DNA of 64,000 nucleotides. Source: Cirrosporium novae-zelandiae. Its lineage: Eukaryota. The notes under the pieces were generated by a model. The model was given only the letters and a program-made list of their open reading frames with translations. It was not told the DNA's origin and searched no databases. The stretch is from NCBI GenBank assembly GCA_026023565.1, contig JAPETS010000010.1:186001-250000 (forward strand). The letters run 5' to 3'. This document shows, piece by piece, positions 61,401 to 64,000 of the stretch. The translations under genes were made by a program, and so were the position numbers. The first letter of the stretch is position 1. Every line of letters starts with the position of its first letter.

Positions 61401-62896
61401 TCAACTCTATTTTACCACCTCAATCTCAGGCAGGAATTTGGGTTCCTATAGGTCGTTTGAAATATCGATGCCTTAATATGACAACTCCAACCGGCGGGAG
61501 TGTCGCAAGTGAATTAGATATTAGATGGATGGTCAAATACGTTGTGAACAATACAAAAGATCCACTGGAAAAGTGGTTTCCACCAAGTTGGCTTCCTAGC
61601 CTCGCAAAAGGAGAACGCTCTCAAGTCTTAAAAGCTCTACTTGAATATGGTGAGCCATATATAAGTAATGTCACAGAAAATATGATCAAGAACGTAGTGA
61701 GGTCGAGAGATGGCGAAGAAATCATGGCATTTTTGTTTGATAAATGTAAAGAGATTACAATCACAGAAAATGTGCTTAAAACAGCAGCAGCACGGGACAA
61801 CGCAGGGTTTATGTCATTGCTATTAAATCAACGTGGGAATAAAAATCAAATTACTAAAGCAGTGGTTGAGGCTGCAGCAAAAAGTTTTTATGGTTGCGAA
61901 ACTATGTCATTGCTGTTGGATCGATATGGAAATAAAATTTCAATTACGGAAGATTTGCTTGTTAGAACTGCGAAAGCTCGCTTCGCCAAACAAAAGATAG
62001 CGTTGTTGTTGGATCGACGTGGGGATGAAATTCAAATTACTGAAGCAGTGCTTAAGGCTGCAGTAGAAAATATTTATAATCCCGAAGCTATATCATTGCT
62101 ATTAGATCGACGTGGAGATGAAATTTCAATTACGGAAGCAGTGGTTAAGGCTGCTGCAGAAAATATTCATGTCTACAATATTATGTTATTGCTGTTGGGT
62201 CGATATGGGGATGAAATTCAAATTACTGAAGCAACGGTTGGGGCAGTAGCAGCAGGTGGCCACCATCAGGCTCTCGATCTACTAGAAAGTAGATGTCAAG
62301 TGGATCTTTCAAAAACGGAATGGCGATCTGTTGCTAAATTATACAACGCAGCAAGAGATGGGGATGAAGCAACAGTCCTAGAACTTCTAGCGCAACACTG
62401 TCCTCCTTATTATAAGGATAGTAGAGGCCTTGGTCCTTTACATAAAGCAGCTAGTGGTGGTCATGACAAAGTTGTGCAGATGCTGCTGGAAACGGGTGAA
62501 GTGGATGTGAATTCAAAAGATAATGATGGCTGGACTCCATTATTTTGGGCTGCCATGAAAGGCAAAGAAAATACGGCGAAACTACTACTGGATCGTGGAG
62601 CTGATAAGGAGCATAAAGATAATTATGACTGGACTCCATTATTCGCTGCTGTCATGTATAGCGAAGAAAGTACGATGAAATTACTACTGGATCGTGGGGC
62701 TGATAAGGAAGTTAAAAATGATAAAGGCAAGACACCCCTATCTATAGCAGAAAAACACAGATACACTAGCATAGTGAAGCTCTTGAAAGAGCACAGAGGA
62801 GCAGAGCGACATGATAGTCCAGAGGAGGAGAGCCCAAGCACAGAGACCGAGGGCTCTACCAAGGAATCCCCCCCTTTCTTGAGCCATCTCATCTAG
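58408..62896 (+). CDS. Fungal NLR: TM segment, RRM-like domain, SesB-like alpha/beta hydrolase, NACHT, 31-aa repeats and ankyrin repeats
   Basis: Exons 58408-58898, 58960-59185, 59242-59301, 59361-59654, 59708-59945, 60012-62896 splice in frame. DVIVVPGLGSH, WLRDFLP, IFLGHSLGG, FFGVPNLG, HSGLVKF, Walker A SGTPGQGKS, Walker B FIDALDE, WTPL ankyrins. Confidence 0.92.
61760..62260 (+). repeat. 93-nt (31-aa) coding tandem repeat, ITEAVVKAAA...LLLDRRGDEI type
   Basis: ATTAC(T/G) unit starts at 61850, 61943, 62036, 62129 and 62222, plus degenerate upstream units. Confidence 0.9.
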
Positions 62897-63882
62897 AAGG
62901 ACGTCCCATATAAAATGGATGACCTTACCTTATTGAAGGAGAATGGTATGGACCATGGAGTTCTAGGCTTCAACTACCTTTTGGTCTTTTGTTTTTATTG
63001 CTTCTAATGTTATTAGTTAGTTAATTTTATGGATCTGCCTATCTATCTTCGCCATCTGATTATATTTATTCTTGATTAACTGAGCTGATATGGACTATGG
63101 TTCTAAATTTCATAACCAATGCAACAAACAACGATACCCTTTTTCTCTTACAACTAACATGACATCCCCCATATCTATACCCTTACTAACCCCATCCCAT
63201 GATCACGATCATGAACCAACGCACCAGGGCTAGATATCCCCCAAGACAGGAAGAGAAGAAAAGAGAACACAGAAAAGGAGTCAAAAACATCCGACAGAAT
63301 CGCCATTTTTCAGGCAGAATGAACTTACTTACAGCTCTAGCATCTTGCATGATAGTGAACATATGTGTATATGTTTGTCGATGCCATCAAACGACCTAAC
63401 TCACCTCCTCAGTTATTAGTACCATCATCGTCATAGGATTAGATACTTGAAACGGAATTTTTAGGAATTATATGGCCTTAGGGATGGGGTGGGGTGGGGC
63501 GGAGCTAGGTGGAGCGGAGAAGAGGCAGGGCGGGATGGGGAGGGGTAGGGGATAGGGGATAGGGGATGGATGGGATTGTGGGATTGAGAAGTTTTAGTAT
63601 GTGTGTATGCCTTAGAGAAGGGGAAGCGAGGTATAGGGGATGAATGGGAGTGGGGAGTATGCCCTAAAGGAAGGGATAGGGGATGGATGATATTGGATAA
63701 CATATTCCAGAAAGTGAGCACCAAAACCAAAACCATAAAATCATATTCCAACAACCCAAAAAGCTCCCCCTCCCCTCCCCTCCCTTATAGCAAAGAAAAA
63801 AAAAGTCCAAAAAAAAAACCAAAAAAAAAGATCATCTTTCAAATTTTGTATAGTAGAGGTGGAGGGAGGTGTAGGGATTTGG

Positions 63883-64000
63883 CAGTGTTATCAATATAGA
63901 CCAGACCGACCAGACCGGTCGACCCCCTTAGTCTGGTCGGTCTATCAAAATCCGAGGCCCGGTCTAGTCTATAGGCAGACCAGGGGGGGTCCGGTCTGGT
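63883..64000. mobile_element. Probable terminus of a DNA transposon or MITE (hAT-like), cut by the window end
   Basis: Abrupt switch to CAGTGTTATCAAT followed by clustered direct and inverted GACCAGACCG / GTCTGGTC motifs, e.g. GACCGACCAGAC 63905-63916 versus GTCTGGTCGGTC 63931-63942. No second end or target-site duplication visible. Confidence 0.4.

Noticed and set aside
46505..62896. Amyloid signalling motif (HET-s, sigma or PP type) linking the two NLRs
   Set aside because: No G/N/Q-rich pseudo-repeat was found at either N-terminus or in a neighbouring small gene. Both NLRs carry their effector domain in cis.
1..64000. CRISPR arrays, rRNA genes, intact transposase or reverse transcriptase ORFs
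   Set aside because: None seen. The window is eukaryotic and its repeats are microsatellites or coding repeats.

Overview
Gene-dense, intron-rich DNA from a filamentous ascomycete (Pezizomycotina; short GT-AG introns with CTAAC/CTGAC branch sites). About 23 protein-coding genes were reconstructed by manual splicing. The first ~45 kb is mostly conserved genes: an NTase-like/ankyrin protein, phenol hydroxylase, an LrgA/LrgB transporter, a Pho85 cyclin, KRE9, pepP, PER1, AGM1, a kinase, ATG15, the divergent RRP3-SSF1 pair, DAP1 and a Tre2/Vps70-type peptidase, separated by microsatellite- and homopolymer-rich spacers. The last ~18 kb looks like an accessory defence island with mirror layout: <-[HeLo-like/NACHT/ANK NLR] <-[isocyanide synthase-TauD] | [FAD monooxygenase]-> [TM/SesB-hydrolase/NACHT/repeat NLR]->, followed by a probable DNA-transposon end. 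The left NLR has a 65-codon, stop-free, in-frame duplicate of its last module directly behind its TGA stop. All calls come from motif recognition by eye; no database searches were run and exon boundaries are predictions.
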